NCBI RefSeq assembly: GCF_004010195.1 | Contig: NC_057752.1 | Location: 16,153,360-16,173,359, forward strand | DNA from: Chiloscyllium plagiosum | Taxonomy: Eukaryota | Reading direction: 5' to 3' | Length of the DNA: 20,000 nucleotides | In this document: piece by piece, positions 1-8,589 of the stretch | Layout of the letters: every line of letters begins with the position of its first letter | Position numbering within the stretch: the stretch's first letter is position 1 | The notes under the pieces: generated by a model | The model's database searches: none | The model's input: the letters and a program-made list of their open reading frames with translations, nothing else | What the model was told of the DNA's origin: nothing | Position numbers and translations under genes: made by a program

Positions 1-780
1 GTCATTGTATATATGACCCCGTACCTCAGTGATTGCCAGTGTGTGTATATGACCCTGTACCCCAGTGAGGGACAGTGTATGTATATGACCCCGTACCCCA
101 GTGAGGGTCAGTGTGTGTATATGACCCCGTACCCCCCTGAGGGTCAGTGTGTGTATATGACCCCGTACCCCACTGAGGGTCAGTGTGTGTATATGACCCC
201 GTACCCCAGTGAGGGTCAGTGTGTGTATATGACCCCGAACCCCAGTGGGGGTCAGTGTGTGTATATGACCCCGTACCCCAGTGGGGGTCAGTGTGTGTAT
301 ATGACCCCGTACCCCAGTGGGGGTCAGTGTGTGTAAATGACCCCGAACCCCAGTGAGGGTCAGTGTGTGTATATGACCCCGAACCCCAGTGGGGGTCAGT
401 GTGTGTATATGACCCCGTACCCCAGTGGGGGTCAGTGTGTGTATGTGACCCCGTACCCCAGTGGGGGTCAGTGTGTGTATATGACCCCGAACCCCAGTGG
501 GTGTCAGTGTTTGTATATGACCCCGTACCCCAGTGGGGGTCAGTGTGTGTATATGACCCCGTACCCCAGTGGGGGACAGTGTGTGTATATGACCCCGTAC
601 CCCAGTGGGGGACACTGTGTGTATATGACCCCGTACCCCAGTGGGGGTCAGTGCGTGTATATGACCCCGTACCCCAGTGGGGGACAGTGCGTGTATATGA
701 CCCCGTACCCCAGTGGGGTCTGTGTGTGTATATGACCCCGTACCCCAGTGGGGGTCAGTGTGTGTATATGAGCCCGTCCC
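1..780. repeat. 36-bp minisatellite, about 21 copies
   Basis: Unit ATGACCCCGTACCCCAGTG(A/G)GGGTCAGTGTGTGTAT recurs at 13, 49, 85, 121 and onward with 36-bp period; small deletion near 720. Confidence 0.97.
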
Positions 781-949
781 CATTGGGGGGAGGGGGGGGG
801 CGGTATTGAGGTGTGGCGTTTCTTTCCTCTGTCTTTGTTGAAGATCAGAACGATAATCCGCTGCTGCCCTCTCCCTGTGGTACAGAAATGTGCAATTCAA
901 TCGGATTGTGTATCTGGCCCCACCCCAGTAATATAACAACAACTTAACT

Positions 950-1040
950 TTCGACATTTCTTGTCAATGCGTTCGGACATACCTCTAGAGCAGGTGGGTC
1001 TTGAACCCTGGCCTCATGGCTGTGAGGTAGGGACACTACT
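950..1040 (-). mobile_element. tRNA-derived SINE fragment (head region)
   Basis: Minus strand reads AGTAGTGTCCCTACC...GGGTTCAAGACCCACCTGCTC, containing a Pol III B-box-like GGTTCAAGACC. Confidence 0.6.
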
Positions 1041-1138
1041 CCTTTCTTTATATTACAGCTTAAAGGTGATGAATCGTTCCAAAGCCCTTCACTTGTGCAT
1101 TGGACAGTAAACAGTAAACATTGGGCCATATTAAAACT

Positions 1139-1274
1139 TTCGAGGAGGAAGTGAGGACTGCAGGTGCTGGAGATCAGAGCTGATAATGTGTTGCTGGAAA
1201 AGAGCAGCAGGTCAGGCAGCATCCAAGGAGCAGGAGAATCGACATTTCGGGCATAAGACAGCAACACATTTTCA
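1139..1274. mobile_element. Penelope-like terminal-repeat fragment with short inverted arm (fold-back copy 1)
   Basis: Nearly identical to 4188-4262 (AATGTGTTGCTGGAAAAG...GGAGAATCGAC.TTTCGGGCAT). CAGCAACACATTTTCAGC at 1259-1276 is the inverse of about 1179-1196. Flanked by direct repeat GCCATATTAAAACT (1125-1138 and 1275-1288). Confidence 0.75.
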
Positions 1275-1879
1275 GCCATATTAAAACTGGTGAACTTTCG
1301 AGNNNNNNNNNNNNNNNNNNNNNNNNNNNNNNNNNNNNNNNNNNNNNNNNNNNNNNNNNNNNNNNNNNNNNNNNNNNNNNNNNNNNNNNNNNNNNNNNNN
1401 NNNNNNNNNNNNNNNNNNNNNNNNNNNNNNNNNNNNNNNNNNNNNNNNNNNNNNNNNNNNNNNNNNNNNNNNNNNNNNNNNNNNNNNNNNNNNNNNNNNN
1501 NNNNNNNNNNNNNNNNNNNNNNNNNNNNNNNNNNNNNNNNNNNNNNNNNNNNNNNNNNNNNNNNNNNNNNNNNNNNNNNNNNNNNNNNNNNNNNNNNNNN
1601 NNNNNNNNNNNNNNNNNNNNNNNNNNNNNNNNNNNNNNNNNNNNNNNNNNNNNNNNNNNNNNNNNNNNNNNNNNNNNNNNNNNNNNNNNNNNNNNNNNNN
1701 NNNNNNNNNNNNNNNNNNNNNNNNNNNNNNNNNNNNNNNNNNNNNNNNNNNNNNNNNNNNNNNNNNNNNNNNNNNNNNNNNNNNNNNNNNNNNNNNNNNN
1801 NNTCAATATTTCTCCCAAACAATGTCCTAAAACTCAAAGTATTGCCTGACTGTCAACTATCAAATCAAGGTCACTTTTG

Positions 1880-2970
1880 AACAAATATAGGAGCAGGCCC
1901 CTCAGCCCATCAATCCTGCCCCCTCCCCCACCCCCAACTGGTCTGATCACCCCCACACTCACACTGACCCCTTGAGAACCTCTCACCCTCTCTCCCCACT
2001 GCATCTAAAATATTCCAAGGATCCTGCTCCCACCATCTCTCAGGGAGAAAGTTCCAAAGAGTCCCAGCTGTCTGGGAGGTAAAGCTTTTCCCCATCCCTG
2101 TCCGAAATGGGGGGGGGGGGGCTTCTTTTTAATCATTGACCCCTCGTTCTCAATTCTCCCACAGAGTGGGATCTTCCCCTACGTACCCGCCCGGTCAGGA
2201 CCCCTCCAGATCTGGTATGGTCCCATCCATCACCTCAAATTCTAAACTCCAGCAGAGCCCAGCCCAGAAGTTCCTACCTCTCCTCATGAGGCAATCTGTC
2301 CTGAGTGTTAACCTGAAAAACCTCCACTGAATTGTTTCCAATGCACTTACACCCTTCAATCCATAAGGAGACCAAGACTGTACACAGTGCTATAGATGTG
2401 ATCTCACTGCTGCTCTGTATAACTGAAACATAACCCCCTTACCCTTTACCTGATAAAGTGTAATATCCTACCAGGTAAAAACAATGACTGCAGATGCTGG
2501 AAACCAGATTCTGGATCAGTGGTGCTGGAAGAGCACAGCAATTCAGGCAGCATCCAAGGAGCTTCGAAATTGACGTTTTGGGCAAAAGCCCTTCATCAGG
2601 AATAATGAAGGGCTTTTTCCTGAAATGTCGATTTTGCCTGTCCTCGGATTTTGCCTGTCCTCGGATGCTGCCTGAACTGCTGTGCTCTTCCAGCACCACT
2701 AATCCTGTAATATCCTACCAGCCTTCCGAATTGCTGTGTACCAACCTCGTGTGCTTTATGCCAGAGCCCAGAGTACTGCAACCTCCCACTGTTCAGATCA
2801 TCAGCTTCTGTTGCTTATTCTTTCTGCCAATGTTGATAATTTCACATTTTCTCATGTTGCACTCCACTTGGGAGATCTTTGCTCATTTATTGAACCTAAT
2901 TATATTCCTTTGCAGCTCGTTATGATTGATTCACAATTCAGGTTTCTACTCACTTGGTGTTATTAGCCAC
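1880..2970 (-). mobile_element. Degraded CR1-type LINE 3' region, interrupted by the 2475-2705 insertion
   Basis: Minus-strand remnants of CR1 RT C-terminus and 3' end (CAATGTGAGAAAATGTGAAATTAT-like, HCVQSWSPY-like motif near 2365-2390, GTLWNFLPER near 2040-2070); tail-like sequence near 1885. Confidence 0.7.
2475..2705. mobile_element. Penelope-like fold-back insertion with two opposed degenerate hammerhead motifs (copy 2)
   Basis: 16-bp target-site duplication TGTAATATCCTACCAG (2459-2474 and 2706-2721). Inverted arms at about 2514-2555 and 2663-2705. Minus-strand CTGATGAAGGGCTTTTGCCCAAAACGTC (2572-2599) and plus-strand ATGAAGGGCTTTTTCCTGAAATGTC (2605-2629). Confidence 0.85.
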
Positions 2971-3002
2971 CCGTACCTCTGGCCCCTTCATCCTAGCCGT
3001 TT

Positions 3003-3086
3003 GGGTGTTCAAATCCGGGACCCCAGAACATCAGCTGGGTCTCTGGATTAACAGTCCAGCGATAATATCACTAGGCCATCACCTTC
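3003..3086 (-). mobile_element. tRNA-derived SINE head (SacSINE1/DeuSINE-like)
   Basis: Minus strand GATGGCCTAGTGATATTATCGCTGGACTGTTAATCCAGAGACCCAG...GGATTTGAAC shows an A-box-like TGGCCTAGTG and a degenerate B-box. Confidence 0.65.
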
Positions 3087-3098
3087 CAGAGCAAAACC

Positions 3099-3100
3099 AC

Positions 3101-3128
<28 letters not shown>
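3099..3128. repeat. (AG)n microsatellite
   Basis: Direct reading of the AG dinucleotide run. Confidence 0.95.
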
Positions 3129-3131
<3 letters not shown>

Positions 3132-3149
3132 CACGAGAGGTAACTGTAC

Positions 3150-3293
3150 CTGGATTGCAATGGGAATTAATTCATCCTGTGGATTCACGTACAAAAGACA
3201 CATTGGTGCTTCAAGATATCGCTGATCTCCACAGATTGAATGGGCAGGAATTTCATCCAGCAGCTCATAATCAACAAGGAAAATATTTCCTTT
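3150..3293 (-). CDS. ALOXE3-like: Lipoxygenase (ALOXE3/ALOX12B-like) internal exon, 144 nt, phase 0 to 0
   Basis: Acceptor gtttcag|AAA, donor CAG|gtacag. Encodes [48 protein letters not shown], matching the animal LOX motif G(N/S)(I/L)F..D...L....APxCLL.......L.P(I/L)AIQ. Paralog assignment is tentative. Confidence 0.93.
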
Positions 3294-3699
3294 CTGAAAC
3301 AGGAATGTGACCAGTGAAAGTTTTGTCAAAAGCAGCAGGAATGTTTACCAAGAGAAGGACAGTTTATAGAGGGGAAGCATACAGAATCTCCCGAGACAAG
3401 TCAGCAAACCGACCCCCTCTCCCCAAAACTCCCATTGAACAAATGGCACAACTCAAGCACTGGCATTGTGTGCATAGTTCATAAAAACTATGTCACACAG
3501 GTTGGAAATTACAAACCCATGAAACTAAAAGGGCAAAGCTCTCTCTTAAAGAAACAAGTGGAATCCCCAGTGTCAATATTACAGACAGCATGGATGTGAC
3601 GTAAACCTCAATCTAACCCTGGTTGGGTCAGAGCGAGAGGATTTGATCCAACTCTTGTACTCCACACAGTCACAAGATGTCAAAGTCTGGGAGAGATGG

Positions 3700-3950
3700 T
3701 CATAGAGAGCAGGGAGGAGGGCTTTCAGTGAACATGGAGAGACTGAAAAATGGATTCTTATCATCAGAGGGAAAAAGGTGAAAACAAGGGGTAAGAGAAC
3801 CAGACGAGGTGAGGGTGCTGAGAATGTTTGAAGGTATGGGCAGTGGAAGCAGTTTCAGTTGGAACTTTCGAAACGGGAAGTGGAGAAGCATATGAAGGGA
3901 GAATGCTTAGCAAGGCCACACGCTCAGAGCGGGAGGGAGATGGGAGTGTG
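3700..3950 (+). mobile_element. Highly degraded CR1-type LINE 3' fragment
   Basis: Remnant resembling a CR1 3' end (GCAGTGGAAGCAGTTTCAGTTGGAACTTTCGAAACGGGAAGTGGAGAAGCATATGAAGGG). Confidence 0.45.
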
Positions 3951-4187
3951 TGTTTTCAAACGATACTGTGATGTTAATACGTCCTGAGCATCTTCCTACA
4001 CATTACTGCACTTCCATTATTAACATCCCAATAAATACAGTCTGAGCATTATCCCCAAAATATCTTACAGTTCTAGTAATAGTTATTAATATTATGACAG
4101 CAAAGTGCAGAAAAGTGAGCCTGGAGTAGGTTTATTGTAGCTTTGGCAATACAGATTTGATGGGCTGATGGGCTGATTTCTGGCTCT

Positions 4188-4524
4188 GAAAATGTGCTGC
4201 GGGAAAAGCGCAGCAGGTCAGGCAACATCCAAGGAACAGGAGAATCGACGTTTCGGGCATGAGCCCTTCTTCAGGAATGAGGGAAGTGTGCCAAGCAGGC
4301 TAAGATAAAAGGTAGGGAGGAGGGACTTGGGGGAGGGGCGTTGGGAATGCGATAGGTGGAAGGAGGTCAAGGTGAGGGTGATAGGCCGGAGTGGGGGTGA
4401 GGGCGGAGAGGTCAGGAAGAAGATTGCAGGTTAGGAAGGTGGTGCTGAGTTCGAGGGTTGGGATTCTCCTGCTCCTTGGATGCTGCCTGACCTGCTGTGC
4501 TTTTCCAGCAACACATTTTCAGCT
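4188..4524 (-). mobile_element. Penelope-like element 3' fragment with inverted terminal arm (fold-back copy 3)
   Basis: 15-bp target-site duplication CTGATTTCTGGCTCT (4173-4187 and 4525-4539). Arms at about 4188-4246 and 4462-4520 are near-perfect inverted repeats. The purine-rich middle is the complement of a pyrimidine-rich PLE-like 3' region. Confidence 0.85.
4242..4278 (-). ncRNA. Minimal hammerhead ribozyme motif (Penelope type)
   Basis: Minus strand AUUC-CUGAAGA-A-GGGC-UCAU-GCCC-GAAA-C-GUC-GAUUC: conserved CUGANGA and GAAA boxes, perfect 4-bp stem II, GUC triplet, palindromic ACGU stem III. Confidence 0.75.
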
Positions 4525-4857
4525 CTGATTTCTGGCTCTTTCTTGTTCTCTGATTCTACCAACAAAGACTCCCTCCCATTAACTATCCGGAACACTGAAG
4601 AAAGAGCCTTCGGTCCCTGTCACAAATTCCGAGTCCCTCGTCATTAACTCCTTCTCTCTTGCTGCCTTTATCAGAGACTGCCTCCAGGACAGCTCAGTTC
4701 GAAAATTCTTGTCCTTCTTTTCAAATCCCCATCCCCAACCTGTCCCCTGTGGTTTCTCAGTGGTGGGAAACATCAGGCTGTTTTGTCCCCCTACTGCCCC
4801 AATACCTGCTTCAGAGACTAGGCTGGCCTCTGCCTCTCATATAGCACCTCGGGAGGT

Positions 4858-5582
4858 TAGAATAGAACAGAATGCCCACAGTGTGGAAACTGGCCATTTG
4901 GCCCATCAAGTCCACACTGAACCTCCAAACAGCATCCCACCCAATCCCACTCCTCTACAGTATACCTGTCAACTTGCAATTCCCATGGCCAATCCACCCT
5001 AACCTGCATATCCCTGGGCACTATGGGACAATTTCCCACGGCCAACCCACCCTAACCTGCACATCCCTGGGCATTATGGGACAATTTCCCATTGCCAACC
5101 CACCCTAACCTGCACATCCCTGGGCACTATGGGACAATTTCCCACAGCCAACCCACCCTAACCTGTACATCCCTGGACACTCTGGGACAATTTCCCATGG
5201 TCAACCCACCCTAACCTGCACGTCCCTGGGCACTATGGGACAATTTCCCATGGCCAACCCACCCTAACCTGCACATCCCTGGACACTCTGGGACAATTTC
5301 CCATGGCCAACCCACCCTAACCTCCACATCCCTGGGCACTATGGGACAATTTCCCACAGCCAACCCACCCTAACCTGCACATCCCTGGGCACTATGGGAC
5401 AATTTCCCATGGCCAACCCACCATAACCTGCACATCGTTTTGACTGTGGGAGGAAACCAAAGCACTCGGAGGAAACCCACGCAGACACGGGGAGAATGTG
5501 CAAATTCCATACAAACAGTCGCTCAAGGCTGGAATTAAACCTTGTGCTGTGATGCAGCAGTGCTAATGACAGGGCCACTGTG
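4858..5582 (-). mobile_element. V-SINE (HE1-like) with tandemly amplified internal segment
   Basis: tRNA-like head at about 5530-5580, V-domain TTTGCACATTCTCCCCGTGTCTGCGTGGGTTTCCTCC...TTTCCTCCCACAGTC at about 5440-5505, CR1-like tail with short repeat at about 4858-4920. Confidence 0.88.
4980..5436. repeat. 53-bp tandem array, about 8.5 copies, inside the SINE
   Basis: CTAACCTGCACATCCCTGGGCACTATGGGACAATTTCCCATGGCCAACCCACC starts at 4999, 5052, 5105, 5158, 5211, 5264, 5317, 5370 and partially 5423. Confidence 0.95.
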
Positions 5583-5620
5583 ATATCCTTGGGTTGTAGA
5601 TTAAAGGGGTTATGTAATAG

Positions 5621-6570
5621 GACATAAACCATTACAGCACAGTACAGACCCTTCGGCCCTCGATGGTGCGCTGACCTGTGGAACCAATCTGAAGCCCATT
5701 AATCCTACAGTATTCCATTCTCATCCATATGTTTATCCAGTGGTCACTTAAATGCCCTTAAAGTTGGCAAGTCTACTACTGTTGCAGGCAGTGTGTTCCA
5801 CACCCCACTACTCTCTGAGTAAAGAAACTACCTCTGACATCTGTCCTATATTGATCACCCCTCAGTTTATAGCTATGTCCCCTCGTGCTAGCCATCACCA
5901 TCCGAGGAAAAAGGCTCTCACTGTCCATCCCTATCTAACCCTCTGATTTGTCTCAATTACGTCACCTCTCAACCTTCTTCTCTCTAACGAAAACAGCCTC
6001 AAGTCCCTCAGCCTTTCTTCGTAAGATCTTCCCTCTATACCAGACAACACCTAGTAAATCTTCTTTGAGCCCCTTCCACATCCTTCCTATAATGCAGTGA
6101 CCAGAGCTGTACACAGTGCTCCAAGTATGGCCATACCACAGTTTTGTACAGCTGCAGCATGATCTCATGGCTCCAAAACTCAATCCCTCTACCAATAAAA
6201 TCTAACACACTGTATGCCTTCTTAACAACTCTATCAACCTGGGTGGCAACTTTCAGGGATCTATGTACCTGGGTACCGAGATCTCTTTGCTCATCTACAC
6301 TACCAAGAATCTTCCCATTAGCCCAGTAATCTGTATTCCTGTTGCTCCTTCCAAAGTGAATCACCTCACATTTTTCTGCATTAAACTCCATTTGCCACCT
6401 CTCAGCCCAGCTCTGCAGTTTATCTATGTCCCTCTGTAACCCACAACATCCTTTGGCACTGTCCACAACTCCACCGACTTTAGTGTCATCCGCAAATTTA
6501 CTAACCCACCCTCCTACGCCCTCATCCAGGTCGTTTATAAAAATGACGAACCGCAGTGGCCCCAGAACCA
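5621..6570 (-). mobile_element. 5'-truncated CR1 LINE (RT C-terminus and 3' UTR)
   Basis: ORF 6035-6466 reads LQRDIDKLQSWAERWQMEFNAEKCEVIHFG...RDLG...LEHCVQLWS; the FADD motif (TTTGCGGATGAC on minus) lies near 6485-6497. Confidence 0.92.
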
Positions 6571-6761
6571 GTTATTAATTATCCTGGTTCTTGTTTATGC
6601 GGGAATAAATTATCCAGAATGTGCTGACATCAAGATGATGCTGTGCTTTTGAGTGCATTCAATTATTTGACATGACATTAGCCCTGCCCTACATTCCCAA
6701 ACTCTTTAGTGGAGCAATTTGCGACAGAGTGAAAAGGTGCCGGCGTTAACTGTAAACCCAC

Positions 6762-6934
6762 CTGAAGTTCCTGTTGGAGTGTGGTGTTTGGTTCAAGAAA
6801 GGGGGAGACCATCTCATCAGTAACGGGGAACTTGGCTGGGATGGTTCGGCACTGTCTGATCAGTTGAGGGTTTGATCCATTTAAGTATTGGTAACCAAAG
6901 AATGTGTCTTCTTTCCAATGTTTCATAACATACG
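6762..6934 (-). CDS. ALOXE3-like: Lipoxygenase (ALOXE3/ALOX12B-like) internal exon, 173 nt, phase 1 to 0
   Basis: Acceptor atgcag|CG, donor CAG|gtgggt. Encodes (A)[57 protein letters not shown] with the hallmark WxxDxxFGxQxLNGxNP motif. Splices in frame to 3293. Confidence 0.95.
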
Positions 6935-6946
6935 CTGCATGGGGTC

Positions 6947-6971
6947 ACAGAGAGAGAGAGAGAGAGAGAGA
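6947..6971. repeat. (AG)n/(CT)n microsatellite at the ALOX acceptor
   Basis: Direct reading; lies about 11 nt upstream of the acceptor AG on the minus strand. Confidence 0.95.
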
Positions 6972-7208
6972 ACTGGTTCATCACAGGATGACTTGGCTGG
7001 TGAACCACGATGGGATGGTTTGCAATGATAGATTCTCCCAGGAACATCAGCAAATTCTGGGAATGTTTAGCATTTCTCAGTGAAAACAGTTCCAACAAGG
7101 CCAGCAGGAAATCATGAAAGGCAGGTCCTGCACCCACAAACAATGAGGTGAACCATGTCTGTCTCATTTAACTGACCAACAGGTCACCAACCAGACCCCA
7201 GCTGGCCT

Positions 7209-7561
7209 GACCATCACCCCAACACCCTCCCCCCCAGACTGTCACCCCAACACTCCCATGACCATCACCCCAACACCCACCACCCAGACTGTCACCCCAA
7301 CACTCCCATGACCATCACCCCAACACCCACCACCCAGACTGTCACCCCAACACTCCCATGACCATCACCCCAACACCCACCACCCAGACTGTCACCCCAA
7401 CACTCCCATGACCATCACCCCAACACCCACCACCCAGACTGTCACCCCAACACTCCCATGACCATCACCCCAACACCCACCACCCAGACTGTCACCCCAA
7501 CACTCCCATGACCATCACCCCAACACCCACCACCCAGACTGTCACCCCAACACTCCCATGA
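7209..7561. repeat. 50-bp minisatellite, at least 7 copies, running into a gap
   Basis: GACCATCACCCCAACACCCACCACCCAGACTGTCACCCCAACACTCCCAT at 7260, 7310 through 7510, plus a diverged first copy at 7209. Confidence 0.97.
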
Positions 7562-8589
7562 NNNNNNNNNNNNNNNNNNNNNNNNNNNNNNNNNNNNNNN
7601 NNNNNNNNNNNNNNNNNNNNNNNNNNNNNNNNNNNNNNNNNNNCCAGCATCCCCCTCCCCCTCAATGCTTCTCCCACATCCCCCCACACTCCCCCAAACC
7701 TGTCAATTATACGTGAGCTGCTTTCTGGGTTCCTGCTGCTTGACCTGAGCCAGCACAGACTCTGTGGGCTGTTCAATTCCATACATCGGCACCAGTGAGA
7801 ACAAGGAAAATACGATCCATATCCTCCTGAACTGGAGCTTGGCACCTGCTGCCTTTGAACCAAAGGTGATGTTTACAGTTTGCCTTTGGAGCTGTTCGGC
7901 TTTAAGAAGATTCAGCCATCGGTACACGAGGCAGATTGCACTCACCTGTAACAATCCAAGTCTTTCCCACATTGCAAGAGATTCATGTGAAGGGTAAGGC
8001 ACAAAACAAAACCCATGGATCTGAAGCTCAAGCCAAGCTGTGGTTGACAGAGTTAAGGAAAGGTGTTTACTTTGTAATGGATTAAATACATAGCCAACTG
8101 CTGAACGTCTCAAAAGCAGTCCAGGATTGGGATAAATAATTGCACGCATCCGTGAACCATGGCCTCCAGCTGTCTCTGTGATTGACAGGTCAGGGAAGGG
8201 GAAAACTGTGTTCTCAGCAAATGTAACCGATACCTCACGAAGCTGACATGCTGATACCTGTCCAGCAGCACGCTCCGTGCTGTGACAACCATCCCTATTT
8301 GATATGTACTGCGAGTTACAAACACCTCCCAATGTAAACGTAAAGAGTTTTCAGGTAAAACTTGGTGTTTGATACAGGCACCTCTTCAGAAAGTCGAGAG
8401 TCACAGTTCCTACCTGCACATCTCTGTTCAGACCGAGGTGAGTGATATTGACCAGGATACCTGTTCAGAGGCTCTGACTGAGACCACAGGAGGGGTAGGA
8501 AACACTTAAAGGTGGAATTCCAGAGATAATCAAATGGGAAGATTAAAACCAGAAAAATCATTGGGAACGTACACAGAGTGTAAAATACA

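Noticed and set aside
13..809. Repetitive ORFs (MTPYPSGGQCVY)n as a structural protein, or the array as a CRISPR
   Set aside because: Open in several frames only because the period is 36 bp; internal stop and frameshift; no unique spacers, no cas genes, eukaryotic context.
820..885. Possible plus-strand micro-exon (pyrimidine tract, AAG|ATCAGAAC...CCTGTG|gtacag)
   Set aside because: Only 36 nt, weak donor, no recognisable peptide and no partner exons.
944..1880. Long ORFs spanning N runs (also 7442-7863, 9377-9994, 15089-16325)
   Set aside because: Their length is an artefact of assembly gaps.
3003..3086. Functional tRNA gene (also 950-1040 and 5530-5580)
   Set aside because: No complete cloverleaf and degenerate boxes; these are SINE heads.
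4188..4524. MITE/DNA transposon or pre-miRNA interpretation of the inverted repeats
   Set aside because: Long, variable 14-16 bp TSDs, asymmetric arms that differ between copies and the hammerhead motif fit a Penelope-like retroelement better.
7703..8332. 209-aa minus-strand ORF as a standalone gene
   Set aside because: Non-ATG start and no recognisable domain; only the 7946-8037 portion has exon-like boundaries.
8378..8443. Plus-strand exon-like segment ending GAG|gtgagt
   Set aside because: Weak acceptor, unrecognised peptide and no other support for an antisense gene.
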